Source: Bipalium vagum
Lineage: Eukaryota
Length of the DNA stretch: 37,144 nucleotides
Assembly: GCA_037834085.1 (NCBI GenBank)
Contig: JBBMKC010151467.1
Span: 1 to 37,144, forward strand
Direction: 5' to 3'
The position numbers were made by a program, and so were the translations under genes. This document shows, one piece after another, positions 1 to 11,950 of the stretch; position 1 is the first letter of the stretch, and the number at the start of each line of letters is the position of its first letter. The notes under the pieces are model-generated. The model made no database searches. It saw only the letters and a program-made list of their open reading frames with translations, and had not been told where the DNA came from.

Positions 1-70
<70 letters not shown>

Positions 71-75
71 ATTAT
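1..75. repeat. (ATT)n microsatellite, intronic to TOP2
   Basis: About 21 perfect ATT units, then degenerate copies. Confidence 0.95.
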
Positions 76-154
76 TTACACTGTTTTTTTCATTCAATGA
101 TTCATTTTACGATCGATAAAGTGGTTCTAATTTTTTCAATTAATGTTCATTAAG

Positions 155-359
155 ATTGCTAATTGCGGCATCTTGGACAAAATTGGAGGGGTTATCGATT
201 CAAAGAAGAAAGCAATGGAATCGAAAACTGTCAAATCGAAATATTTGAAAATCAATATTGCCAAATTGGATGATGCGATTTATGCTGGAACTAAAATGTC
301 TTCGAACTGCACTTTGATCTTGACTGAGGGAGACTCAGCGAAAACTTTAGCTCTTGCTG
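155..359 (+). CDS. TOP2: TOP2 exon (end of transducer / start of TOPRIM, EGDSA)
   Basis: Acceptor taag at 151-154, donor gtacag at 360; encodes KLDDAIYAG..CTLILTEGDSAKTLALAG. Confidence 0.88.
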
Positions 360-3300
360 GTACAGAATCGATTTCATTGAGCGGAATAAGAGATGTTAAT
401 TAAAAATTTAAATAATAATAATAAAATAATAATAATAAAAATAATAATAATATATACAATAGTAAAATAATAAATAATAATGCAATAAGCGCTCTATATA
501 ATAAACTTCTTCATAAAAAACCTATATATAAGGAATTTTTTTACTTCCACAAATTTATATATAAGAAATTTATGTCTTAATGTAACACATTAATTCAACA
601 AAATTGTAAGTAACTCCACATTTAAGGTAATATTTTGTAATTTTTCAGCTGAAATGAATATTAACCAAAGATTTTCGATTGATTTTTTAAGAAAATAAAA
701 TTTCAGTTATGAGATATTTGAAAGCTGGAAAACCCAGAACAGATATTTGCAAAAGGTAGATAGTACAAAAATTTACGATTACAAAAATAAAGAACAATAA
801 GGAATTGTCAGATGAGTTTTCTTCTAGTACTTCTGTCAGCCAACAACAGCAGATCAAACATAAGGCACCAGTTAAAAATGACGAAAAAACACTCAACATC
901 AATAAGGATGTTGATTCTTTAAATTTTGTAGTGAAATGGGTAGAAAACAATAATATTCAGATCAACGAGATTCTTATGCTACGTGCTATGAGAGAGAAGG
1001 TTGTTATAAAAGAATACATGTTATAAATATCTTGATGTCCAATTTTTCTAATTTTTTCTCGAGATAAGAAATTTTAATTTAAAAATAGGTTCGAATTAAT
1101 TTCTTATGTAGAGCCCGTACTGTAATAATAAAATCAATAATAGTAATAAATCGATAAATTAATTAATAATAATCTTCATTTCTTCATCGAAGTTGTTTAG
1201 GTTTGAGTGTTTTGGGAAGAGATTTGTACGGAATATACCCTTTGCGAGGCAAGTCGCTGAATGCTCGTGATATTGACATGAAGAAATTATCCCAAAATGA
1301 AGAGTTTAGTAATCTGATCAAAATCCTAGGATTGAACTATCAAACAAAATATTCCACCAAGGAATCATTGAAATCTCTTCGATACGGAAAGTAATTTACT
1401 GTCACATGTTTCTGTTCATGCAAAAATTGAACCATTATCTCAGGGTAATGATCATGGCCGACCAGGACCCTGACGGATCGCACATTAAAGGCCTCATCAT
1501 CAATTTCTTCCACAGCAACTGGCCGGAACTGTTGCAGCACGATTTTCTGCACCAGTTCATCACTCCAATCATCAAAGCGTCACGAGCCAATCAAATTTTG
1601 TCATTCTATTCCATCCCGGAATATGAGGCGTGGTACAAAGCGACTCAGAATTCATTTCTTTGGAACATAAAATATTATAAAGGTGAATTAGAAAATCAAT
1701 TTAATTAACAATTGATCCATCAATATTATCAATAATCTCATAATAATAAACCATTGTTTCTTTATCAAGGTCTCGGTACATCGACAAGCAAAGAAGCCAA
1801 AGAGTATTTCACAAATATCGATCGAAACCGGAAATCATTTCACTACAGCGGGGCTCAAGACGACGAAATCTTGAAAATGGTTTTCGATAGATTGCAGTGC
1901 GAAAATCGGAAAAAGTGGCTTTTGGACTGGATGAGTCGACGAAGTCGAGTCGGCAGAAATGGGAACTCGGAAGATGACAAAGACGACTGCATCCAAAACA
2001 TGTACGATGTCAATGTCAAATCGATCAGTTACAGTGACTTTGTGAACAAGGAGCTCGTCCTGTTTAGCAACATGGATAATGAGAGAAGTATTCCATCGAT
2101 CATGGACGGTCTGAAGCCTGCTCAAAGAAAAGTTTTGATATTTTTTTTGTTTATCGATTTCTTTTTTTTATGTAATTTTGTAGCTGTCTTTGGATCTTTT
2201 CTTTTTTAATCGAATTTTCTTTTTATGTGCACAGGTAATATAAATTTCAAGAGAAACAAAAAATATTGAATGTTTCGTTTTGTATAAATAATAGGTTTTC
2301 GATCGATTACATTTACCAGTTAATTATTCAGAAAAATATTTATCTATTTTTTTGTTATTATTTTTGTTTTTGTTTTGGTTTCATATCTTTAGTTGTTTTT
2401 TAATTTATTGATTTATTCAGAGATTTTTAATTAGTTTATTCTTTTTATATTATTTTAATAATTTTATAAATTTTTATTGATTTATTCAAAAGTTAGTATA
2501 ATTTTTTTTAATTTAATCAAAAAAATATTAGTTTAAATCAAAGGATATTTATTTTATTATAGTTATTTATTTTATATTTTATTTATTTTTTATAATTATA
2601 TAATAATTATATTTTTGAAATAATCGCGTTTTATCAAATTTTGTTGATAATTTATAAGAAAACGTTTTTTTGAAAATAAATTTATTAAAATTAATTAATT
2701 TAATAAAAATTCACAAGATTAAAAATAATTAAATATTATATAAAATTATAATTTATTTTTAATTAATTTTATTGTTTTTTTATTTATTCAAAATTGCTAT
2801 TTTTATTTTTAATATCATTTATTTATTGATTTGATATTTTATAATTATTTATTTGTTTAATTATCAGTAAAAAATGTCAATAAAATATTTTCGAAAAGTT
2901 TTAAATGTTTAATTAAAAGGACGTACTTTTCCCTATTGAGAGAAGGAAGAACTGTTTATTTATTGATTAAAAGAGAAATTGATTTTTTAAAAAATTTGGC
3001 TACTTTAGAGATTATAAGTAATTTCATTCTGTTACTGATTTGATTAAATATAACATAGGGGTATTTTTTTACATACTTTCAATTAAAATTATCTATTAAT
3101 AATTTATTTTGGACACAGGGTGCTACTCTAATTTTTATTAAACACAAACTTCAACAAAGCCATCATAATTAATTAGCTTTCATCGAATCCTGAGTTTTCA
3201 TAGCCACAAATCAAATTTACCATCAGAAACCATACAATTTTTTTGACTGAAAAATAATGATTTTACACTTAAACATCCAAATTTAATACCATTAAAAATA

Positions 3301-6300
3301 TGATTGGTCAATCAAACTGCCAATCGTGAATTACTTTAAATAATAGTTACAAAAAATAACCAATTTTTTTAGAAAATCAGACTGATAATTTTGGTAATTA
3401 TCACGGATTTAAAGCAACAAACTACGTTCCTAAAATATAATTTTTTAAAAAAATTAATTAATTAGTTATAATTAAAATGTAAATAATAATTATTAAATAA
3501 ATAGAAATAAATTAGTTAATTAAATAAAACAAATAAAAATGCGTGAATAAATAATAACTAAACATAAAACAAATAACATATTAAAGAAAATAAACACACA
3601 AATGTTCCTCATTCTAAAATGAAAAGAGCTGTGTCGAACCTCAATATTTCTTTGCTCAATTAATATTGATTGGATCAGCCAACCTTAAATCTTCAGTTTT
3701 TTCCACAGAGATCAATTTAGATAGTGTCATTTTCATTATTGATTTTACTGTTAATTTTTGAAAACCTTCAGGTAATTTTTACTTGTTTGAAGAGGAACAT
3801 TACCAGAGACATTAAAGTTGCTCAACTGGCCGGTTCCGTGGCTGAAATGTCAAGTTATCATCATGGCGAAATGTCGCTGTATGATACGATCACTGGATTG
3901 GCTCAGGATTTTGTTGGTAAGGTTGATTTTTTATTATTAAAGACATTTTACCCTATTGTCCTTTGAAATTTTAAACACCCATTATGAAAATCCATAAAAT
4001 TCGAAAAATCTATTATTGATTTTTTAATTTTTTTATATCGCATTTTTTGTAGTTTAAATAAAATTTATCCAGTTTTTAAGATTAAAGAAAAAAATTATAA
4101 ATTTATTGATTAGATAGGGAAAATCACATTTATATCAATTTAAGAAATTTTGGATAAAAGAAATCGAATTTATTTTTTTAACCTATCGAATTTCTTCACC
4201 ATAACGTGTTACCCATTTTCGATATATTATTTATTTTATATTTTTAATTATAATTAAAACGTGAATCAGCAAAAATAATAAAAAATATTGATTATATAAT
4301 GATGTTTATTTCGGCAATTTTTTTTTGGTTTGAAAAATTTTGAAATTTATTGATTTAATAGTAACATTTATTGAAAATATTAATAATATTATGATATTAT
4401 TTAGAAGAAAATTATTTGACGAATATTGACTAACTTGTGCTTTTTATTGATATAATAATAATATACATTTTCAAAAATCTTTTTTGACGATGGAGATTCA
4501 AGATTCTGTGAAAGCGGTTTTATTAAAGTAAATATTTATTTCAAAAATAATTATTGGAAAAATTTCACAAATATTTTTTAATTAATTCTTAATTCTTATT
4601 TTAATTAATTCTCCAAATTAATTCTTGACTAAAATAAAAAAAACGAAAAACCAATTCAACAAAGTAGTTCTCATTTTACAAAAAGAAAATTTTTATTCCA
4701 TTTGATAAATTTTTTGTAATTTTGGTATTTAGTCAAATAAAATCATTGGAAAATATTTAAAATTAAAAAAACATATAATAACAGATAACTAGTTATTTGG
4801 TGTTTGGCTAACTCAAAAATTGACATTAAATAAATTGTCAATTAACATTAATATTCATTAAAAAATAGTGACAGGAAATGAGAAATTGGTTATCTCACAG
4901 TCAAGTAGCAGAAATATTTACTCCCAGATCGGGCTTAGATCAGAAGATGTATTTGGTGAGAGCACAAAGTAATAATTCATATGGAAATGTTAAACATGGG
5001 TGCAACCAATAATCTATTATTATTAATAAAAATAAAAATAAATTTGTTTTATTTTTTTTTAGAAATTTTCAGATAATATTATATATAAGAAATTCAATTC
5101 ATCAAATATGACGTTAAAATAAAATATCTGAAATTCATCATACGGTGGACCGAATTACGATTTGCTTTGGTTACCTTGTCGATATTTTTTCACACTTTGA
5201 TGATTCATTTTGTATTGTTTCAAATGCTTTTGTCTATTACATTTTGGGCATAATAGAGGGATGTATTAAAGATTTTGTTTTCGATTGAATATTCATACAT
5301 TTATTTCCATCGATAAAAACATTTCAAATCTGATATTATTGCAATATTCATTGATTAAAATTATTAATTACATAATTTACATAATCAATATAAGAATTCA
5401 ATGACAATTTTTATATCATTAAATTTATGTTTATTGTGTATTTATTTTTATTATTTATTTAATATTTAATTCTTAATTTTTTAAAAGTTCTAAAACTACA
5501 CCGCTTGTTAATAATAGTTGTTAATAATAAATAAGTGGACCACATAATGTAGTACATCAAAAAATATCAGGGGTGTGCATAAGTTTATATCACTCACATA
5601 TTTATGATATTAGAAGTATTAAAATATTATATACGCTTTGTTTGGAAATATTTTTGTTTAAGTAGGTTAATATTGATTATATTTATAATCATTGCCTCAT
5701 ATATATTTAAAACGATGGAAGCTTTTGCACAATCCTAATAATAATTGATGAAGATAATTTAAATTATTAATAAAAACTATTAAAAGCACTGATAAGGTAG
5801 GTAACAAATCATAAAATTTATTAATGTTATTAGTAATTTTCAGACAAAAGTTTAAATTATAAGAATAAAACCATTATATAAATTAAAAAATGGTAATAAA
5901 AATTTAATTATTAAATGTTAATTTTTTGCACAAAACAAAGCAGGATTTAGTGAAAAATTAACCAATTAAAAGGCTAGGCTAAATAAATTTATCCGATTTG
6001 CATTTATTATTTTATTGATTTATTTAAACAAAATCAAACATAGTACAATTTTTCCCTAATTTATAATTCACTGGTGATCGATATTATGAAGAGTCGTAAT
6101 GAATCTTTTGTTTTCTGGACAAAGGAAGCAACAACATAAATCTTCTCATCCCAAACGGCCAATTCGGTACCCGTGTGTTTGGTGGCAAAGACAGAGCGAG
6201 TGGACGCTACATACACACGAAATTGTCACCGATCACAAAATTAATATTCCATCCCCAGGACGAGCACATTCTAACGTATCTGTTCGACAGTAATCAATCG

Positions 6301-8498
6301 ATTGAACCAAAATGGTACGATTTTGGTGTCTCTTTTATTATTTATTTTTTTAATATTTTGCATCTTATTGGCGAGTTATTGTTTCTATCCTCTATTTTTC
6401 AATTGGTTTTATTAAAAGAAATTATTTCATTATGACATAAAAAGTAAGAGACAAAATAAAATTAAGAATATCATAAAATTAAATTAAGAAAATGAAATTA
6501 AAAAAATTTAAGAACCATTAATAAAATTAAAAAAAGAAATAAACAAAAATAATATAATAAAAAACCACAAGATATAGTAAAAAAAAAATAATAAAAATAA
6601 ATAATAGAAAATATTTTTAAAAAATTTCAAAAAGGAAAATAAAAGGAAATAAAACAAATTTAATGAAAAATTAAAATTTTAAAAAGTAAAAATTAAATAA
6701 TTTTATTTTATTTGGGCTTTATTATCGATTTTCGGTGATGAAAGAAAAAAACTCATTTCCATCAGGTATGCTCCAGTGATTCCCCTAATACTTGTGAATG
6801 GCTGTGATGGCATCGGAACCGGTTGGAAATCGTCAATCCCAAATTATAATCCATTAGAGATTGTTACTAATTTGAAATTGATTATCGATGGTAAAAGTCC
6901 TGTACCTCTGAATCCATGGTTCAAAAATTTCCAAGGAACAATCGAAGTAGATTTTTATTATTTTCATTATTATTATAATTATTTTCATTAGTATTCATTA
7001 TTATTTCTATTGGTTAATATTATCATTATTATTATTTATTAATATGATTAATTATTATTATTATCATTAACATGATTAATTATTATTATTATCATTAACA
7101 TGATTATTATTTTTTAATAATTTCAAAATTATAAAGTTGATTAAAACTATGAACTGCTTCTACTAATATATTTTATTTTCGGGGTTCTTCAGGAACAAGA
7201 TAAATTGAAAAATCAATTTTATTATATAAATCTATTAAATTTAGTACAAGATGAATCCATTTTTAATTTACTTTTAACAAATTTTTAAGCATTACAGTTT
7301 TTAAAGGTTTTATTTCATTCCACTATTTTCGGATAATCTTTTATCGAATAATTTGTGATATTTGTCTTTCTTTTCCAGGAAATCGGTCCAAAAAAATACG
7401 TGTCTTGTGGAAAAATCAATCAGATCAGCGGGAACAAATTCGAAATAACGGAGCTGCCAATCAGATCCTGGACTCAGTGGTACAAAGAGAACGTTCTAAA
7501 CTCGTTCCTCAACGAAAAAAACGAATTTGTGCGGGAATACGAAGAACATCATTCGGATACCGATGTAAAGTAGGTAAAGTTCCGTTGTTATCGAAAAAGA
7601 ATTATTGATTTTGTTTATTGAAACAAATTAATAATAAAATAAATAAATAAATCGTTTCAGGTTTATCATTCACACAAATTCCACGAAAATGAAAAAGTTA
7701 AAGAAAGTCGATTGGTGTACATTTTTCAAATTGAAGAAATCTTTTTCACTGGATCAAATGATCCTGTTTGACGAAGAGGGACGGATAACAAAATTTGAAA
7801 CTCCTGAACAAATATTGTGGCACTTTTACCACGTGCGATTGGCATTGTAAGTTGGCATCGATGTTTTAATTCTGTTTATCGATCCATCATTTTCTCGATT
7901 ATTGATATTGATTTTATTATTGATTATCAATTATTATTATTAATTATTCTATTAATATATCGATTTATAGATATGAAAAACGAAAATCATTCCTGGAGGA
8001 ACAACTGGGTGCTGAATTGTCAAAATGGCAAAACCAGGCTCGATTTATATGGGAAAACGTGGAGGGTTCATTTTTGTTGCACAACATTCAAGAAAGAGAT
8101 GTCATTAATTCGTTGATCGATAAAAAATATGAACCCGATCCAGTTCGAAGGTGGAACGAAAAATTGATTGATCAACAACGAGTAATATATTTTTTCGACT
8201 TTTGTATTTGTGTGTGTATTGGGAATAGAATTCTTCAACCGGTGACACAATCAATAACCAATCACGGAATATCGGCGGGGGTGCGGCAGCCAATGGATTT
8301 AATTATCTTTTGTCTATGCCGCTGAGAAGTTTTACGAAAGAGAACCAGATCTCGCTCACTGAGATGTGTCAGAGCAAATCGGAATCATTGGAAAAATTGA
8401 AAGCGAAAAGCGCAAAGGACTTGTGGCTGGAGGATCTGCGAGCTTTGGAAGACCAGATCAAACTGAACATGGCCCCACTGAGCTGTGCCAAGTCTTAG
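155..8498 (+). CDS. TOP2: DNA topoisomerase II (type IIA), 5'-partial: join(155-359,1201-1390,1444-1682,1770-2131,3772-3916,6125-6314,6766-6946,7379-7569,7661-7846,7971-8181,8229-8498)
   Basis: All ten introns are GT..AG with compatible phases; 2370 nt gives 789 aa plus stop. Motifs: LILTEGDSA, YPLRGK, DQDPDGSHIKGL, YYKGLGTST, RSIPSIMDGLKP, YHHGE, GQFGTR, active-site ASGRY (Tyr 6208-6210), GIGTGW, ITELP, NQARF, FNYLLSMPL, DLWLEDL. The ATPase domain must lie upstream of the window. Confidence 0.95.
483..1122 (+). mobile_element. Internally deleted Tigger/pogo-like DNA transposon in the first visible TOP2 intron
   Basis: Degenerate TIRs: CAATAAGCGCTCTATATAATAAACT versus reverse complement CAGTACGGGCTCTACATAAGAAATT, with TA at 1123-1124. 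Subterminal TATATAAGRAA repeats. ORF 805-1026 (DSLNFVVKWVENN..ILMLRAMREK) resembles Tigger C-termini. Confidence 0.6.
1201..1390 (+). CDS. TOP2: TOP2 exon (PLRGK)
   Basis: tttag| acceptor, |gtaatt donor; encodes LSVLGRDLYGIYPLRGK..LRYGK. Confidence 0.93.
1444..1682 (+). CDS. TOP2: TOP2 exon (TOPRIM DxD)
   Basis: ctcag| acceptor, |gtgaat donor; encodes VMIMADQDPDGSHIKGL..KYYKG. Confidence 0.93.
1770..2131 (+). CDS. TOP2: TOP2 exon
   Basis: caag| acceptor, |gttttg donor; encodes LGTSTSKEAKEYF..DGLKPAQRK. Confidence 0.92.
3772..3916 (+). CDS. TOP2: TOP2 exon (YHHGE)
   Basis: ttcag| acceptor, |gtaagg donor; encodes VIFTCLKRN..KVAQLAGSVAEMSSYHHGE..AQDFVG. Confidence 0.93.
5568..5730 (+). mobile_element. 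Left end of a CAGGG-type Tc1/mariner element related to 34914-35553
   Basis: CAGGGGTGTGCATAAGTTTATATCAC resembles CAGGGTGTGTATAAAGTAAATATCAC at 34914. The right end was not found, so the extent is approximate. Confidence 0.35.
6125..6314 (+). CDS. TOP2: TOP2 exon (catalytic tyrosine)
   Basis: aaag| acceptor, |gtacga donor; encodes SNNINLLIPNGQFGTRVFGGKDRASGRYIHT..IEPKW. Confidence 0.92.
6766..6946 (+). CDS. TOP2: TOP2 exon
   Basis: atcag| acceptor, |gtagat donor; encodes YAPVIPLILVNGCDGIGTGW..FQGTIE. Confidence 0.93.
7043..7110. repeat. Short tandem repeat, ~29-bp unit ATGATTAATTATTATTATTATCATTAAC, ~2.3 copies
   Basis: Direct repeat read from the sequence. Confidence 0.75.
7379..7569 (+). 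CDS. TOP2: TOP2 exon
   Basis: tccag| acceptor, |gtaggt donor; encodes EIGPKKY..ITELPIRSWTQWYKE..HSDTDVK. Confidence 0.92.
7661..7846 (+). CDS. TOP2: TOP2 exon (not in ORF track)
   Basis: ttcag| acceptor, |gtaagt donor; encodes FIIHT..FFKLKKSFSLDQMILFDEEGRITKFETPEQILWHFYHVRLAL. Confidence 0.9.
7971..8181 (+). CDS. TOP2: TOP2 exon
   Basis: tatag| acceptor, |gtaata donor; encodes YEKRKSFLEEQLGAELSKWQNQARFI..YEPDPVRRW. Confidence 0.9.
8229..8498 (+). CDS. TOP2: TOP2 terminal exon
   Basis: aatag| acceptor; encodes NSSTG..GFNYLLSMPLRSFTKE..DLWLEDLRALE..CAKS*. Confidence 0.85.
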   Translation, partial: NSSTGDTINNQSRNIGGGAAANGFNYLLSMPLRSFTKENQISLTEMCQSKSESLEKLKAKSAKDLWLEDLRALEDQIKLNMAPLSCAKS

Positions 8499-8652
8499 CA
8501 CTAAACCTACCCTCTTATCTCAGATCAATCGGATTATTTTTATAGAGAAAATAATGAAAACTCCTGCTTTTGTATCAGGAAATTTTTGTGTTTGTTCGGA
8601 TCGGTTGGCGACGAGCTTTATATGTTTATATACTTTCAAGAAAATGGAGAAC

Positions 8653-8667
8653 AATAAAATAAATAAA
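8653..8667 (+). terminator. Candidate polyadenylation signals of TOP2
   Basis: Three overlapping AATAAA about 155 nt after the stop; weak evidence in AT-rich DNA. Confidence 0.4.
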
Positions 8668-8759
8668 TTATGTCTAAGGATAATGTAATAAGATCATTAA
8701 CATATCACGATCCATAAAATGACACGTCAGTTGAATCTAAAATACCATAAAAATAAACA

Positions 8760-9220
8760 TTTTTTAATTGTTTTGGTAATGGAATCAGAGCCAAGAATAA
8801 TATCTGCTGTAACAGGAGTCGACTGTGTAGATTTATGAAGTTTTAGGGTAACCATTGTTTAATTATTTCACAATAAAAATTTAACTTCGTAAGTAAGGTC
8901 AATATTTCTAGTTTATTTTTAACAGATTAATCTATTGGGGGTTAAATGATTGACTATGGATTTATCAATACTTCTAGGTTTCGATATATTGTTGAACGAA
9001 ATTTTTATACTAGATATCATCCTAATGATGAATAATGCCGGCTGAAAGCTGGCTGTTAGGGTCTAGATTGTGGAGCTACCTTTCCTTGATAATAGTTGCT
9101 TAGCCTAAAGGTCTTTTTAGACCACACCGTGTCAAGTCTGTTCATCTGGTAACCAAGTTAATAATCAAACTTTAGAAAGTTTTTGTCGTTCTCAGGTGAA
9201 TAGAATAACTCGCACACCCT
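8760..9220 (-). mobile_element. Degenerate Penelope-like retroelement fragment (RT thumb / linker)
   Basis: Frameshifted minus-strand motifs in the expected order: ILFT*E, FL.F, LDTVWSKKT, KSIVNHL..R..C, NNGYPK (8845-8856). Confidence 0.45.
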
Positions 9221-10849
9221 TAAATATCTGCAGAATAATCGCTGACCACCTCCAGAGGTTTATGACTTTGTAAAAAAATTTGTACTTGTTGAGATTTCCG
9301 TTTGGGTTAAGTCCTATTTGTTCAAAGATTGGTCTGTCAAGTGCTCAATTATAACTCAGTACAGACGGTAAATATACTGTCTCTAACCAAGAAAATAAAA
9401 CTGAGGTCAGTTTCCTAATCGACTCTGATAAGCTAAATCTGAATCAAAAAATTTAGATGCTTTAAGTACTACAGTTCACAAAAATAGAAATGAACACAAT
9501 TAACTAAAACAATTTAATGAATTAAATATATATTTGCGATAACGAAATTACAAACTTCGCTGAATATCAGATTTCAAAGCCTAGCTTGTACTTAATTTTT
9601 TATTTCGACTGAATATTTATATTGTTTTTCAGTCACTGGGTTCTACGTAATGCTCAGACAGTAACGCCATTCCTACTATCTTACGTAAACATATACTAAG
9701 TACTAAATATTTTTAGCCTCATCACGTACTTATGTCATTATGTATAATGTTTGACTCAGAAGATATTGATTACAGAAGACATCCAGCGATATGAAATGTG
9801 AAAGTTTATTGTGGATTAATTTTAGAATGAACTGTTAATATTGAGTCCTCATATTCACCAAGCGAGCAATAAAACTTTCTGATGATATGCATAATTCTGC
9901 AGATACCAGATTCAGTCTATACCAGGATGTATTTTGAACCGAGTTTTCTCCTGATTACGTTTTCTAGAGCAAAAACTTGTATTGAAGGAAAGCTCTACTG
10001 TTTCCACTCCAGTGACCTGTATGGAGTCTCTAGCTCAATACCATTCACTCGGAATATTGCCTGTACCAAAAGAAAATGAGAAAGGTTCGGTTATTTTTGA
10101 TAGAATTTACTAATATAATGTAATGATTGTAAAATATCTGACCTATCTTAAGGTTTCATATTATATAAAGTATTGTTGTTGACGCAGTAACATGGCAAAC
10201 TACTACCTGGTGAGATCCTTTTAGCTACCCGTTTTTAAAAAGTCTTATTATTTAGAGTTTAATTATTAACTAAATTTAATTATTTTAAAAATTGATTACA
10301 CACGTAATATTATCTCGAAGTGGACAGAAAGTGTTTGTATGCTTTTCCACACGTTGGACTCCCAGGCGAACGATATGAAAATAAAAAATGAAAAAGAACC
10401 CTTAAATGACATGACTTGTTTATGATCCAAATATTTTATATGTGTGCATGTTCTTTTGATAACTTAAAAACTATTCCTGGTGTGATTCAATCCTTTGCAT
10501 GATAAATCTGTATAAAAATGGAATTATTATAATGTTTTGGTAAATGTAAAAAATAAAAAAAATAATAAATATTGTAATTGCTAATTGTAATTGCTAGTAA
10601 ATCCTGTAAAATGCAAATAAAATTCATTAAAATTAAATAAATAATTAAAATATAAATAAAATTATAAAATTTCAAAAAATAAGGAAAAAATTAAAAATAT
10701 AAATAAAATTAGAAAAAAAAATAATTACTTAAAATAAAAAGTGATATTAAATTTAAATTAACTAGTCTCAATAAAAATATTTATAGAATATTTAAATTAC
10801 TAAAAATATAAAATAAATAAAAAAAATTAGTATAAATATAAAACATTTA

Positions 10850-11950
10850 TACAAACGAAGGACGACAACAATAAAGACGAGAATTCAGTCAGAAAATTAA
10901 ATAGAAAAGTCATAGAATAATTTGGTATCAAATTTCCAGCATTTTCAAAAGAGAATATATTGGTATCAAATAACAAATTAATTTGGATACGGAACTATCA
11001 GATTTGACAGACCGTCTGGAGTTATCAGAAGATCCAGTATATAAAATAGCAAAATTTTAACCAGGACGGAAAAAAACAAAAATAAACAAAAGGAAAATTA
11101 GTCAATTTGATCATAAACAACTCGACCAGATAAAAGAGAGGAAATCAGTCAACTTGATCATCCAGAGAAGAACTGAAAAGACAGTTAATTCGATTATACA
11201 GGAAAGACAGCCGACATTTCTATTAAAGAGATTTATTCAACCTACGACAAAGCTTGTAATCAATTCCAAACAAAAAGCTAAGGATCAACTTACACTCAGT
11301 CTGACGAACCTTTTTCACAAAGTCAATATAACTAGCCAGAATAATATTCTATTAGAAAACTCGGAAAAATCTAGTAATTCATATTTATACATATTTAAAA
11401 ATCATTTAAAATTACTCCGAATTGCAATTTGATTTAAAATTGGACAATTCGTTTTCTAACTTGACCACAAGTTAGTAAATCAATAATTAAATTAAATAAC
11501 CAGTTGAAGTAAACGGATAGATCCCCGAATACTTTCGAAGCATCAAATAATTTTTTCTTTTTTGTTCTTCCAATATTTCTTTTGCCTTTTCAACGTCAAG
11601 TATGGCGGAGAGGCGCTTTTTACTTTTGAGGGCTCTTGAGGCTAGGTTTAGCGAAGAGCATAAACATTATTCTGATCATTCTCCGGGATTTACTAACAAA
11701 CAAAGTTTTCTGTTCAACAAAGTTTTTGATCGATATTTATATAAAGTTTTTAATTTTATGAAAAAGATTGTTTTGTTTTGTCTTAGTGACTATATTTTTA
11801 TTGAAATTCAATAAAAATATTTTACATTTTGATTCATATTATTTCGCAAGCAAATTACAGTTATCCAGTCGATTTTCAAGAAATAACATATACAATCGCA
11901 ACCTTTCACATAAACCGAGCGTGACACTCTCTAAATCCTTCTGAAATATA
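10850..11950 (+). mobile_element. Degenerate Penelope-like retroelement RT remnant
   Basis: Motifs in the expected order: EDPVYKIAKF (~11030), TNLF(H/T)KV (~11304, like SLFTxVP), QVWRR, HYSDHSP..KQS..FDR (ORF 11602-11814), NYSYPVDF (11853, like NGYP). Confidence 0.4.

Noticed and set aside
143-154. ATG at 143 as the TOP2 start
   Set aside because: It would omit the whole ATPase domain; an AG acceptor at 153-154 explains it better as an internal exon.
1340-2125. Antisense ORFs 1340-1552 and 1835-2125 (also 8068-8293)
   Set aside because: Shadows of TOP2 exons with no independent motifs.
7170-7195. Minus-strand CTGAAGAACCCCGAAA as a hammerhead
   Set aside because: No stem II and no stem I/III complementarity.
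10487-10675. I/F/L/Y-rich short ORFs (also 20008-20211, 20558-20803, 22167-22358, 34374-34559)
   Set aside because: Compositional artefacts of very AT-rich DNA.
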